From the NCBI RefSeq assembly GCF_006345805.1, contig NC_043014.1, positions 43,028,001 to 43,092,000 of the forward strand: DNA of 64,000 bases. The letters are read 5' to 3'. Source of the stretch: Octopus sinensis. Lineage: Eukaryota. The notes under the pieces were generated by a model, which made no database searches, was not told the DNA's origin, and saw nothing but the letters and a program-made list of their open reading frames with translations. A program made the translations under genes and the position numbers. This document shows, piece by piece, positions 27,455-39,507 of this stretch; the stretch's first letter is position 1; the number at the start of each line of letters is the position of its first letter.

Positions 27455-29483
27455 CTAGCAAACCCACCCGTCCTTCAGATAGTGTAAGTTATTATAATGG
27501 TGCACTCCTGTGGACAGTTTAAGTTGAATTAGCCCGCATTCAGACGTCGTTTCAAGTTGATAAACATAAAATGTATAATTACCATTTTCATTAGCAGTTT
27601 ATGACATGGTATTAAGAAACTTAGGTAATGAATACATGGTCTTGAACATAAATTTGGCAGTTAGTGACAAATGAAAGTCCATGAAATGAGATCGCAGTTG
27701 TAGTAGGCATTAGGGATCCTATATCTTACTCGCAGCATTTTGTATCTTGTATTTATTTTTCTCGTAATGCCTGACACAACAGCATTGAAGCTTTTTTTTC
27801 AATGATAAGTCATGTATGATAAAGAAAAGCAAACACGCAAATAGAATGAAGACACGTACAAAAATAAATGTCAGAGCATGCTTATGAGAGAACAGCGTGC
27901 GTGAAGTAAGAAGGGTCATTGGAGGTAATGTACTGTTAACAGCAATCAGGGAAACGAAGCAAAATATCAACAAAATGCTTGCAGGAAGTCTGATTGCTAA
28001 TGGCTACAGTTTGGTGTAGATGTGAAGAATGCAATAGAGGAATACTTACTGTAGAGATGCTTTGTAGATGACATTTTTTTGTTTTTTCCTTCAGGAGCAT
28101 AGATGAATAAGTTGTCTGGATGGCAAACTCTGGAACAACCGACTTAGAACTGTCCATGTGAAAAGCACGATGTTCGGAAGCCCAATCAGACAACTTTTAG
28201 TGACTGACCTTGCGTTTTGTTAATTGCCATGGTGAAGCCGAGTTTGAGAGGGAACTGAAGTCTCTGCATAGGGTAGGGGCAGTCTGTTGGGGTTAGCGGA
28301 ATTTTCGAAATGAAAACAGTATTTAGGCTTCAATGACATGGTCTATCATTGGTTTGACAAGAAGGCAAGTTCCATTGCATAGTGTGGGTGCGTTTAGATT
28401 GCATAGGAGAATGACATGGTAACCGACATTTAAGTGAAGTTCATGGGGAGGAAGTCCTGGAGGATCTTTGGAGTAGAGAAATTCTGTTAGAAATTGTGTA
28501 ACCTGATCAAGTTCGATAATGGTGTCAAGTGATCTGTAATAAAGTTCTTGAGAAGGTAGCTGACTGAGTAAGTCATAGTTAACAGTGTTGACAGCGGCAT
28601 TTGTAGGTGCAAGAACAGCCCTGTCACAAAACGAATCTGGTTTTATGTATTCCATTGTAAGATTTGGGTAAATGGCAGAAGATAGGTCATCAGGCCTGGA
28701 GAAAGTGTGGCCAATGGTAGTAGTGTTAATGTATTTGTTGTCATCAAATGTAATTTGACCATTGCTGATTTTAAGGAGCATTTCCAAAAAATGATTTGTA
28801 GGCTGACCAGTCTGTAGGAGTGATCTCAGGTTGATGGTGAGTTGTTTCGATTGGACATGTGACCAAATGAGGGATTTTTTAAGGCAGGCATTAAGTTCAT
28901 CAGCAGGTGTTCTTTTGGGTATAATAAGCAGAATTGTTGAAAATCTCCTGCAAGAAGCAGAGTAGCTCCGCCAAGGTTGTTGTTGCTTGATCTAAGGTCT
29001 GTCGTTGTGGTATCAAGTGCTTGTAGGGAACATTTTTGGGACATAGCTGCTACATCCCAAATAATGAGTTTGCACTTTTTCAAAATTGTCACTTCATCTG
29101 AGGAATGTATTATGTGGCATGTTGAGTTTTCTTGATGTGCTACATTGAAAGGCAATTTGGAAGCATTCAGAGTTCAGTGGGTGAACTGTGTAGACACGTC
29201 CGAATGAGTCACCTTTGTACATGGCTGGATCCAACTGTGTAGACTTACGGTGTAAGGGAGACAAAAAATACTTCTGACTGTTACTTCAGACCTTCTGCTT
29301 TTGAAGCCCCATTTCTCTATATCACTCCATAAGTGAAAAATCTAAATAGTGTTGAGCAATCTGTGAAACATAAATGATGTATTTGCAGAGCGTGAATGAA
29401 ATCGGATGAAAAATATTGATTTTACGTGAGATCAAGTAATGGTCTGTCTCACACGCACACACACACACACACATCATCTCTCT

Positions 29484-29495
<12 letters not shown>
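27455..29495 (-). mobile_element. Internally deleted Helitron
   Basis: 3' end reads GACGGGTGGGTTTG-CTAG followed by T (CTAG at 27455-27458). The 5' part (ATATATAAGAGAGATGATGTGTGTG...CCGATTTCATTCA) resembles Helitron 5' ends. It contains helicase remnants. The exact 5' boundary is hidden in (TA)n. Confidence 0.8.
28048..29220 (-). pseudogene. Helitron RepHel remnant (PIF1-like SF1 helicase) with stops and frameshifts
   Basis: GRVYTVHPLNSECF; KLIIWDVAAM..LQALD; LLLAGDFQQ; RAVLAPTN; PPGLPPHELHL..VILLCNLNAPTLCNGT; QFPLKLGFTMAINKTQGQSL; CFSHGQF*VGCSRV. Confidence 0.9.
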
Positions 29496-29536
<41 letters not shown>

Positions 29537-29564
29537 TTTATATATGTGTAAGTATATATATTTA

Positions 29565-29611
<47 letters not shown>

Positions 29612-29612
29612 G

Positions 29613-29647
<35 letters not shown>

Positions 29648-30243
29648 TATATATATATGTATGTATATATATATATGTATATATATATATATAAATGTAT
29701 GTATATATGTCGGTGATACCACATATAAACAGTTTTATCTAAAATACATAGAATTTTTAGCATTATCAGAATTTAGATATAACTTATCTTGGCTAGCTGA
29801 GGCATTCAGCCTGTTCCTTATGTAACTCTGGAATCTGCTATTAACTTATCTGAGTCTAATATTTCTTACTAAATGAAATGAATCCCTCTCCATCAAATAT
29901 TTCTATAAATTTGATTATATCTTTACATATGCATCCGATCAATTATTTATTTATTTATTCATTTATTTATTTATTTATCTGGTTTTGGCTTTCACTCATC
30001 TATCCAATCACATGATTTCTATATATTTTCATTATCTGCAAAATTCTTATTGATAGGTTTTCTGCTTCCTCAAATTTCATCTCAAGACCACTGATGGGAA
30101 ACTTAAGAGTTGTGAGATTCAAGTTTCAGCTTTAATAAATATAATTAAACACTACTTTTAGTATTGAGTACTACATTTTTGTCTGTGGGTGGTTTTTAAA
30201 TTCAACATGCACGTTTATATACAATCATTCATACATACATACA

Positions 30244-30511
30244 TGATGATGATGATGATGGCCGTCCACTCGTGACCGAAGAAGACCATTGCCGACCTTC
30301 AGGAACATTGTGTGCTCTAGGACTAACTTATATTTTGCATTTGCGGCTCCGTTGGTGGCTAATGAGCCCTGCTCTTGACAAGCATACACGACTGCAAACA
30401 TTGCAGACCAAGCTTTCCCCATTCACTATACGAGCTGTACGCTTTCGTGCAGCTCGCTTAAGTTCTTCATGCTGGATACGTGCTCTCTCAAAAGTGTCGA
30501 TCCCCTCCTTA
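30244..30511 (-). mobile_element. 5'-truncated RTE (BovB-like) LINE 3' end
   Basis: KEGIDTFERARIQHEELKRAARK...LVCNVCSRVCLSRAGLISHQRSRKCKI*, then a short 3'UTR (GGCAATGGTCTTC...GTGGACGG) and a (CAT)n tail. Confidence 0.8.
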
Positions 30512-30750
30512 ACATACATACATACATACATACACACACACATACATACATACATACATACATACATACATACATACATACGTACGTACATACATACATA
30601 CATACATACATACATACATACATACATACATACATGTATGCATACATACATACATACATACATACATACGTACATACACACACACATACATACATACATA
30701 CATACATACATACATACATACATACATACATACATACATACATACATACA
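30512..30750. repeat. (CATA)n microsatellite
   Basis: Direct reading. Confidence 0.95.
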
Positions 30751-30754
30751 TCAT

Positions 30755-30990
30755 CATTATCATCAACATTTACATCAACATTCAACGTCCATTTTCCATG
30801 GTAGCATGGGTTGGATGGTAAAACAGGAAATGGCAAGACCAGGGCCCACACCAGGTTCCATGGTCTGTTTTGGCTTGGTTTTCTACAGCTGGATGCCCTT
30901 CCTAACACCAACCACTCCACAGAGTCTGCTGGGTGCATTTTTATATGGCACCAGCATCCACACCAATGCTTTTTACATGGCATCGGATGC
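30755..30990 (-). mobile_element. RTE 3'UTR end
   Basis: TTCAACGTCCATTTTCCATGG...CAGCTGGATGCCCTTCCTAACACCAACC. Confidence 0.65.
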
Positions 30991-31034
30991 AGAAGTGAAA
31001 TTCAATCTAATTGTAAAGCATTGCCCTTGTTTAA

Positions 31035-31255
31035 CCCTTTAGCATTTAAACCGGCCATATCCGGCTAAAAGTATTCTGCCTGTTTTATGGTCAAACAGGC
31101 AAGATCTGGTCTCTCACACCAACCCTACAATATCGTTTTAAAAATTAACAGCTACCACATCAAAATCTCATAGCTACAAGATAATGCATGATTAGTTCAA
31201 AACAACGAGGATGAAAAAGCATTAATTTGGGTAGAATAATGCGAACACTAAAGGG
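31035..31255. mobile_element. piggyBac-type MITE
   Basis: TTAA-CCCTTTAGCATT...AACACTAAAGGG-TTAA. Confidence 0.75.
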
Positions 31256-31946
31256 TTAAAATAGTATTCTGACCCTTCCAAAAGGTTGGGGCATGTACCA
31301 CAGTTGGGGCATGTACCACAGTTGGGGCAATTACATTTTTTTACTTTGGGGTTGGTTGTGGAGGGGAATAATTTTGCATTAGTTAGCAGTTTCTTTAATG
31401 GCTTAGGTTGTTTGTTGCCTTTGACAATTTTAATGTCCCGTAAAATTCTTTTAAGTTTTGTGTCCTTGTGTAGTATTGGTAGGTTTTGTATGACTGTGCT
31501 GAATGCTTCTTTGTTTCTGGGATTGTATGTGGAAATGTAGGGTAGTGTTTTAAGGAGAGGTTAGAACATTTAATGAGATGTTAGAGCATAAAATGTATGC
31601 ATTCACACATTACTGCTTAATCTTTAAAACCTAGTACGGTAATATAATTAACTGTGTATAAAATGAAATAACTCCTGTAACTGTATGCTTGCCAAAAACA
31701 CTGAAGAGCTTCATGTAAAAATAAGAGTTGCTCCCCTTGACATATTGCTTCATCTCTGCTTACTTTTTTTTCAAAGATGGCATCCTATTGACAACAAAAA
31801 AGTTTTCTCTATATAAGTTGACAATCGTTGATCGTGAAACTGGTACTTATTTAATTTGTTAAGATGTAATGATGTAATATGATCCTAATATCACCATAAA
31901 TTTTATCATACAAACTTTCTGTGACCCTTACATTTCTTTCCTTTCT

Positions 31947-32039
<93 letters not shown>

Positions 32040-32660
32040 AGAGATCATTAGCCACTACACACATTTTTTTCTCTCCTTGTTTTTTCTGTGTCCCTTTCTG
32101 TAGAAGAGCGTAGGCTCGAAACGTAAAAGACTTTCTATTCCTGAGCGTTATACTAATACATCTGTTTGTTTTGTATACCACCTGTCTTCATCTTTTGTTT
32201 TTTTCGTAAACTCTCCCTATATATATAGACATATAATCTTAAATTAAAAACCACAAAACCTTGCAAATAGCTACACAGGGTTTCCTGGTTGTTATAATAA
32301 TTTATTCCACCATTTATCAAGCTGAAGGCAAGACCATTTGTCAGTTGATTTTTTTCAGTAGATAATGTTTAAACAAGAAATGCTTGTAAAAAGAAGACAA
32401 AAATAAAAACATAATGGAAAGAACCCACATTACAATAATTCGATGTCAAGATGTCAAACAGATATAAACCAGATGTTAGTTGTTTAAGTGTTTGGTGGTC
32501 TACATCTACATTCTGACAAGATGTCTGGTTGCCTACTTTTAAGTTCTGCCACCCTCACCACTTATGCTGATGTCACAACTGCCACTTCCACCACTACCTC
32601 AGACATCTCTGCCATCGATGCTGGTTATGGCAATGATGTCACCGCCACCAACAAAACTCA

Positions 32661-32906
32661 TTGAAGGCAAGGATTATGGCAGCATTCACCAACTTAAACA
32701 AGGAGACCATCCAGAAGAGTTGCAGGAGATTTCGAAGTCGTCTGGGGGCCATGGTTGAAGCCAATGCCAAGTTTATTGAAGAAATTTATTCTTTAATATT
32801 TCAAGATATTTTTATGTAAGTTTGCTAAATATATCTGTTAAAATGAAACGTCAGTATTATTTTCATGTTTGTGTAATTTAGATGACAATTTTTTCACCGT
32901 GCCCTG
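32661..32906 (+). mobile_element. Right-end fragment of a Tc1/mariner (maT-like) transposon
   Basis: LKARIMAAFTNLNKETIQKSCRRFRSRLGAMVEANAKFIE resembles a transposase C-terminus. It ends in ...CACCGTGCCCTG-TA. Confidence 0.75.
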
Positions 32907-33006
32907 TATATACACGTACATGCATATATATATATATATTGTGTATATATATATATATATATATATACAATACATGTATATATATATTGTATATATATCT
33001 ATATAT

Positions 33007-33044
<38 letters not shown>

Positions 33045-33885
33045 GCACATATATGTGGATATGTGTGTGTGTGTGTGTGTGTGTGTATGTATATACATAT
33101 ATACATATACATAATATGTATTTCTTTGAATTATTTAATTTTAATGTTTTCTATGAATGAGAACAGCCATGACTAAATAAAAAATATCTGTTGCCCTACT
33201 AAAACAACCTTTTTTGAATAGAATTTTAAAAAAGCGAAAACAAAGAAAAAAACAAAAATAATCAAAATTTTAATGTTTTTGCAGTTAAATCTTTTGGTTG
33301 CTTTTACGAATCGAAATATCTTATTAATGGTTGGTAGATCCTAGAAATTGAATTGTAGCTTTGACATACGTAATCTTTTGAAAAGTCACCTTAATATTCT
33401 ATCTCTGTCTCTGTAACTCTTTCTCTCTCTTGCTCTCTCTCTCTCTCCCTCAAACTGATAATTTTTGCATTGAAATATAAATAATATCATAAACTCTACT
33501 GAATAGACTCCACAAGAACATAAAGGGGATTCCATACAAGCTGTTCATGATAGGATATAAATTAGATGAATGTTACCTGTACACAGCCAACAAAATCTTT
33601 GCTTATCTGTAATGTGCAGTAAGCAGTAAGTTTTATAATATGATAAAACAGGTTGCAATAATGGCAGATTAAAGTTTAATAGCTTATCTATTAATTCTTT
33701 CCAATATTATTTTCCAATCTTGAATCATTATGATTTTGCTAAAATGATTTTATTTGGGATAAATCTCGAATGTAATCAATATCTATTATGTCTTATTGTA
33801 CACCCATTTTCACTAATTCATCCGATTTCTTGTTCCCTATTGACCAAGAATTCTTTACCGTTGCTATTACATTAACATTATCAAA

Positions 33886-34090
33886 TAAGGCGGTGCACTG
33901 GTAGAATAGTTACTGTGCCTGGCAAAATACTTTGTGGCATTTCTTCTGTCTTTACATATGGAGATGAAATTCCACCGAGGTTGAATTTCACTTTCATTTT
34001 TTCAGGGTTGATAAAATCGAGTACTGGGGTTAAGTGTAAACAACTTAACCCCTTAGCTGAAATTGCTGGCCTTGTGCCAAATTTGAAACC
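33886..34090 (+). mobile_element. SINE family B-like, diverged
   Basis: GAGATGAAATTCCACCGAGGTTGAATTTCACTTTCAT...GATAAAATCGAGTACTGGG. Confidence 0.55.
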
Positions 34091-34599
34091 TTTATTAAAT
34101 GAATGAAGTTGCAAGTAGCTGATAAATTGTAAGCAAGCCGGACAAAATGCATAGTGACATTTTTTCCAGCTTTATATTCTGAGATCAAATGCTGCCTAGG
34201 TTCATGTTTTAAGGATCAATGAAATAAAGCACCATGGAGGTGCATGGCTTAGTAGTGCATTTATGTTAGACTCATGATCGTAAACTTGAGGTTTCAATTC
34301 CTGGATCAGGCAACGTGTTGTGTTCTTGAACAAAACATTTCATTTCATGTTGCTCCAGTCCACTCAGCTGGTAAAAAAGGAGACATCCTGAAACAGATTG
34401 GCATACCATCCAAGGAGGAATATATATGCCAGAGAAGCCAGGAAACTAGCTCCATGCTACATACAGAATAATGTGAACTAACCAAAATAAGGTACCAGTC
34501 AAATCTGTTGGGTGGGGAGGTGATATGATCAATTTGCCTCTCTCTGAAAAATTGTTGATTTTGTGATAAAATAAGAAAGAATTATTTTCAAATAAATAG

Positions 34600-34910
34600 T
34601 TCAGTGGTTAGAGCGTCAGGCTCTCAGTCATAAGGTAGTAAATTTGATTCATGGACCAGGCTGTGTGTTGTGTTCTTGAGCAAGACACTTCACTTCATCT
34701 GTAGAAATGAGTTGTGACTTCACTGGTGCCAAGCTGTATCAACCTTTGCCTTTCCCTTGGATAACATCATTGGCATGGAGAGTGCTAGGGGCTGGTATGC
34801 ATGGGCAGACTGCTGGTCTTCCATAAATAGCCTTGTCCAGACTTGTACCTTGGAGGGGAACTTTCTAGGAGCAATCCCATGGTCATTCATGACTGAAATG
34901 GGTCTTTATA
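34600..34910 (+). mobile_element. SINE family E copy
   Basis: Matches 61698-62040. Confidence 0.75.
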
Positions 34911-34914
34911 TAGG

Positions 34915-35240
34915 AGCACTCTGTTGGTTACGACAACGAGGGTTCCAGTTGATATGATCACTGAAACAGTTTGTTCGTGAAATTAACGTGCAAGTGGCTG
35001 AGCACTCCACAGACACATGTACCCTTAACGCAGCTCTTAGAGAGATTCAACATGACACAGAGTGTGACAAGGCTGGCCCTTTGTAATACAGGTGCAACTC
35101 ATTTTTGCCAGCTTATTGCAATGGAGCAATGTGAAAATAAAGTGTCTGGCTCAAGGACACAATGCATCGCTGGGAATTGAACTCACAACCTTACAATCGT
35201 GAGCCGAGTGCCCTAACCACTAAGCCACATACCTTCACTG
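34915..35240 (-). mobile_element. tRNA-derived SINE related to family E with a different 3' part
   Basis: TGGCTTAGTGGTTAGGGC...GAGTTCAATTCCC head and TGTGTCCTTGAGC.AGACACTT core. Confidence 0.65.
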
Positions 35241-35259
35241 GTCTTTATATATGTATATA

Positions 35260-35483
35260 CTTACTTTTTTACTTTTTACTTGTTTCAGTCATGTGAGTGT
35301 GGCCATGCTGGAGCACCGCCTTTAGTCGAGCAAATCAACCCCAGGACTTATTCTTTGTAAGTCTAGTACTTATTCTATCGGTCTCTTTTGCCGAACTGCT
35401 AAGTTACGGGGTTGTAAACACACCAGCATCGGTTGTCAAGCGATGTTGGGGAGACAAACACTGACACACAGACATACACACAC

Positions 35484-35516
<33 letters not shown>

Positions 35517-35694
35517 AAAAATATATATACGACGGGCTTCTTTCAGTTTCCATCTACCAAATCCACTCACAAGGCTTTGGTCAACCCGAGGCTATAGTAG
35601 AAGACACTTGCTCAAGGTGCCATGCAGTGGAACTGAACCCAGAACCATGTGGTTGGTAAGCAAGCTACTTCCCACACAGCCACTCCTACGCCTA
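35260..35694 (-). mobile_element. SINE family A copy
   Basis: Full reverse-complement match. Confidence 0.85.
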
Positions 35695-36677
35695 TATGCA
35701 TATAAGTATGTGTAGGTGTTTGTGTTACTGTTTCCTTCTTTGACATAATATGAGAGTTGTAAATGAGTATTACCATATTACCATCATGGTGTCATTCCTT
35801 TTCAATCTTCCTTGGAAAAACCTTGTCTGGTCATGGGAAGATGTTAGCCTGCTTAGAAACAGACAAATGTTGGCAACAGAAAAGGCATCCATCTGTAAAA
35901 AAAATTCCACTTCAACAAATTCTGTCTGACCCGTGTAAGCATGGAAAAGTGGACATGAAATGATGATGATAATGACAATGATGACAAAGATGAAGGTTGA
36001 TGATAACGTTGATGATAATAATGATGATAATGATAATGATGATGCGATGATAACGACAACGACACTGACAATGACAAGGGCAATAACGATGATGGTAATA
36101 ATATTAAAAACCTAATATTTTTTGTTGTGTCTGGGGAGAGTCATTTTCTTTTTGTGCCTTATAATGATATTTTTTTTTCCTTCTTAAACTCTGAAATTCT
36201 TCAATATTTTTGAAGGTTGGCAGTTCTACCAGATTCCTATATGCAAGAATCCCATATAAATTGAGTGTTGATGATACATTTTTTTTGTTATCTCAAGTGT
36301 TTCTGTGTTAAACATTGATGTATTTTTGATACGACTTTAATAGCACATCATGTCAAGGTCACTTTTTTTTTTTCTTCTTACAAATTCTTAAGAGAGTTTT
36401 TACCAATTTTAAATCTGATCATAATCAAACACCAAGAATTTAAACTAATTTTTTGGGGTTTTTTTTTTTTGCAATGCTATTAGCTGACTCATTAAATATA
36501 TTTTATCACCAATAATAATTGAGAGATCTGAAGTTTATGCATTTTCAAAGGATCAAGTCGTTCATTTTTGTTTGTCGATTCAGTTGCAATTAACAGTGTC
36601 TGCATGTAATTTACTTTAAGTGTTATTAATAATTGCTTTTAATTCAGTAACAAAGCCTATTATTTTTATCAGCACAA

Positions 36678-36900
36678 AGGCAGCGAGCTGGCAGAATTGT
36701 TAGCATGCCGAGCAAAATGCTTAGCGGCATTTTCTCAGTCTTTATGCTCTGAGTTCAAATTCTGCCAACATCAAATTTATCTTTCATCCTTTTGCAATTG
36801 ATAAAATAAGTACCAATTGAACATTGGGGTTCAATATAATGGACTTACCCCATTACTTGAAAATTACTGGCCTTGTGCCAAAATTTGAAGCCATTATTAT
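36678..36900 (+). mobile_element. SINE family B-like, diverged
   Basis: GGCAGCGAGCTGGCAGAATTGTTAGCATGCC...GATAAAATAAGTACC. Confidence 0.65.
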
Positions 36901-36960
36901 TATCACTAAAATTTCAGGCCTTGTGCCTGTCATAGAAAAGATTATTATTATTATTATTAT

Positions 36961-37395
36961 CTTAATCCGCGTGTCTGATGCAATCACCTGCCAGGTCACA
37001 TCCAGTACCTCGGGGCAAGAGAAGGTTAAGTGATGTTTAAGCATAACTGAAAGTTTGGGGAGGGGAAGTGGGGAGAGCAGGACAAAAATATATTCATACA
37101 TTACAACACAGTACAAACATTTAAGTCGACACGGTTTTTCTAATGATCCAGGTGGTATTTGTCAACACAATCTTTTAGACTTCTGTGAGATATGGTTCTC
37201 CAGGGATGTTTTCTAAACGTTTCTGATATCTCTTTCTTTTTTTACCATACCAAGGAAACCTACAATAATGAAGGCAATTTTGGCTTCAAGATACCACATT
37301 TTATGTGACTAAGTTTGTCTAATTTCTTAACAGATATATTCATATCAATGGGAACACTTACATCTATCAGTTTACAAGTACTTTCTTCCCTGTCT

Positions 37396-37397
<2 letters not shown>
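36961..37397 (-). mobile_element. Decayed 3' end of a different R4/Dong-like family
   Basis: Minus-strand translation TCKLIDVSVPIDMNISVKKLDKLS...IVGFLGMV...LENIPGEPYLTEV*KIVL parallels the RLE C-terminus of the neighbouring element. The 3'UTR ends in (AAT)n at about 36942-36960. Confidence 0.75.
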
Positions 37398-37486
<89 letters not shown>

Positions 37487-37508
37487 TATTATTATTATTA
37501 TTATTATT

Positions 37509-39251
37509 CTATGTTTGACTTTTGCTTTATATTCGTACAAGTTGGCTCCAAGTCTCACCCAGAGACCTCAAGAGACAACAGGGTTGGAAGTTCATGTTGT
37601 TGTTATGCCTAGTGTGCCATATATTTGGGGGGTGGGGATGTTGTACTAATGAATGTCTAAAAAAAAAAAATTTTTTTTTTTTTTTTTTTTAAACCGAAAA
37701 TTATGTTTGTTTTAAACCTTGAGATTACATAGAGAGTATTTTGCGTAGGATATGAGCAGTTCCCATGAGCACTATCTTTTGAACTTCTGCCATTTTGGGG
37801 TTTCCTGGTATCTGAGTTAGGTAGCTATCAGCCCCTTTTGCTATCATTCCCAGGGCACCTATGACAACAGGTATTGTTTTAGTCTTCAGCTTCCACATTT
37901 TGCTGATTTCTATTTCAAGATCTTTATATTTGCTTAGTTTTTGGTAGGTCTTGACAGATACGTTTATATCGATTGGGACAGTCATATCAATGAGGAGGCA
38001 TGTTCTTTGTTTGAAGTCTTTCAATATGATGTCTGGCCTATTTGCATCTATCTTCCTGTCAGTTTGAATGGTGAAGTTCCACAGGAGTGAGATGTGGTCA
38101 TTTTCAAGCACTGGGGGTGGTTTGTGTTCCCACCAGTTTTTTTCATGGGGCAAATCCAGGTTTTTACAGATTACCCAGTGAATATATTGTGCAGCTCTAT
38201 CGTGCCTGTTGAGATACTCTGTAGGCGCTAGAAGACTGCACTTGGAGACCACATGGTCAATGGTTTCATTTTGTTGCTTGCATACACGACACGTTGGACT
38301 GCTTCTGATCTTTAATATGTTGGCCTGGTAGTTTCTTGTTGGTAGGCATTGACCTTGAGCTGCTATGATAAACCCCTCTGTTTCAGATTTTAAGCCAGAG
38401 GCCATTAGCCATTGATGGGTCAGGGCTTTGTCGATATCTGCATTATTCGCTCTCTTTGGGTATTTGCCATAGAGAGGTTTTTCTTGCCATTTATTATTCA
38501 GAATATCTAAGGCCGCAGTTTTGGCACGGGTTTTCATGCGCCTAGCTTTTTCTGTGCTTGTTTCTTGTATATCTATCTCTAATTCCGAAATTGGTTGTAT
38601 TCGGAATTCACTTAGATATTCCTTTGCCTGTTTTGTGACTGAGTATGATGCTTTCTTGTTTTCATGTTTTGAGACAAGTTTTAACATCCAGTCCTCAGAG
38701 TTTTTCAGGTAGGTGTCTAGGCCAATTGTAGCAATCTTCATTGTTATTGCCAGTTGCAAAAGACCACGGCCTCCCTCTTTTCTTGGCAGATAGAGTCGTT
38801 CTGTATCTGCCTTAGGGTGGTGCATTCTATGCATTGTTAACAGTTTCCTTATTTTTCTGTCGAGCTGACATATTTCAGTAATTGACCAGTTAACAATATT
38901 GAAACTGTAAGTCACGACTGGTATAGCTAATGCATTGATTGCTTCGATCCTGTTTCTTGCATTCAGCTCTGTCTTGAGTATTGCTCTCACTCTTCGATAG
39001 CATTCTCTCCTGATCCTTTCCTTCATCTCTGAATGCCTTATTCCGTTCCCTTCAATTACCCCTAGGTACTTGTAGCTCTCCGCTGGGTCTAGTTCTTTTA
39101 TGACATTCTGTTGGTCAAGGTTAACGTTAGATGTTTCTGTCATTTTTCCTTTGATAAACGTAGCCTTGGCACATTTATCGAGGCCGAATTGCATTCTGAT
39201 GTCGTCACTGAATTGTTTGACTATCGCTAGTAAGCCCTTGAGTTGTTGATC
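37509..39251 (-). mobile_element. 5'-truncated R4/Dong-clade non-LTR retrotransposon (RLE type) inserted in a (TAA)n microsatellite
   Basis: Frame starts just after the RT YxDD region (DQQLKGLLAIVKQFSDDIRMQFGLDKC) and runs open to the stop at 37725. About 215 bp of 3'UTR end directly in (AAT)n. (ATT)n tracts lie on both sides (37398-37508 and 39255-39288). Confidence 0.92.
37725..39194 (-). CDS. Retrotransposon ORF remnant, 489 aa: RT thumb/C-terminus, CCHC zinc knuckle, PD-(D/E)xK restriction-like endonuclease
   Basis: YKYLG, RLYLPRKEGGRGL, CRVCKQQNETIDHVVSKC, RHD, RPDII..LLIDMTVP..KLSKY, VVIGALG motifs. No internal stops. Confidence 0.9.
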   Translation of the reverse strand: MQFGLDKCAKATFIKGKMTETSNVNLDQQNVIKELDPAESYKYLGVIEGNGIRHSEMKERIRRECYRRVRAILKTELNARNRIEAINALAIPVVTYSFNIVNWSITEICQLDRKIRKLLTMHRMHHPKADTERLYLPRKEGGRGLLQLAITMKIATIGLDTYLKNSEDWMLKLVSKHENKKASYSVTKQAKEYLSEFRIQPISELEIDIQETSTEKARRMKTRAKTAALDILNNKWQEKPLYGKYPKRANNADIDKALTHQWLMASGLKSETEGFIIAAQGQCLPTRNYQANILKIRSSPTCRVCKQQNETIDHVVSKCSLLAPTEYLNRHDRAAQYIHWVICKNLDLPHEKNWWEHKPPPVLENDHISLLWNFTIQTDRKIDANRPDIILKDFKQRTCLLIDMTVPIDINVSVKTYQKLSKYKDLEIEISKMWKLKTKTIPVVIGALGMIAKGADSYLTQIPGNPKMAEVQKIVLMGTAHILRKILSM

Positions 39252-39252
39252 A

Positions 39253-39289
<37 letters not shown>

Positions 39290-39507
39290 TACTTGCTGCC
39301 ATTGATCCAAATACTTACTGGAACATTAAGGGATGATAGGCAATGCTGATTGACCATATATATATATATATATATATATACCTACATATGTAATAATAAA
39401 TAAAATACATACATATATGTATGTATTTTATTTATTATTATATATGTAGGTATATATATATATATATATGTATGTATTTTATTTATCATTAATTATATAT
39501 ATATATG

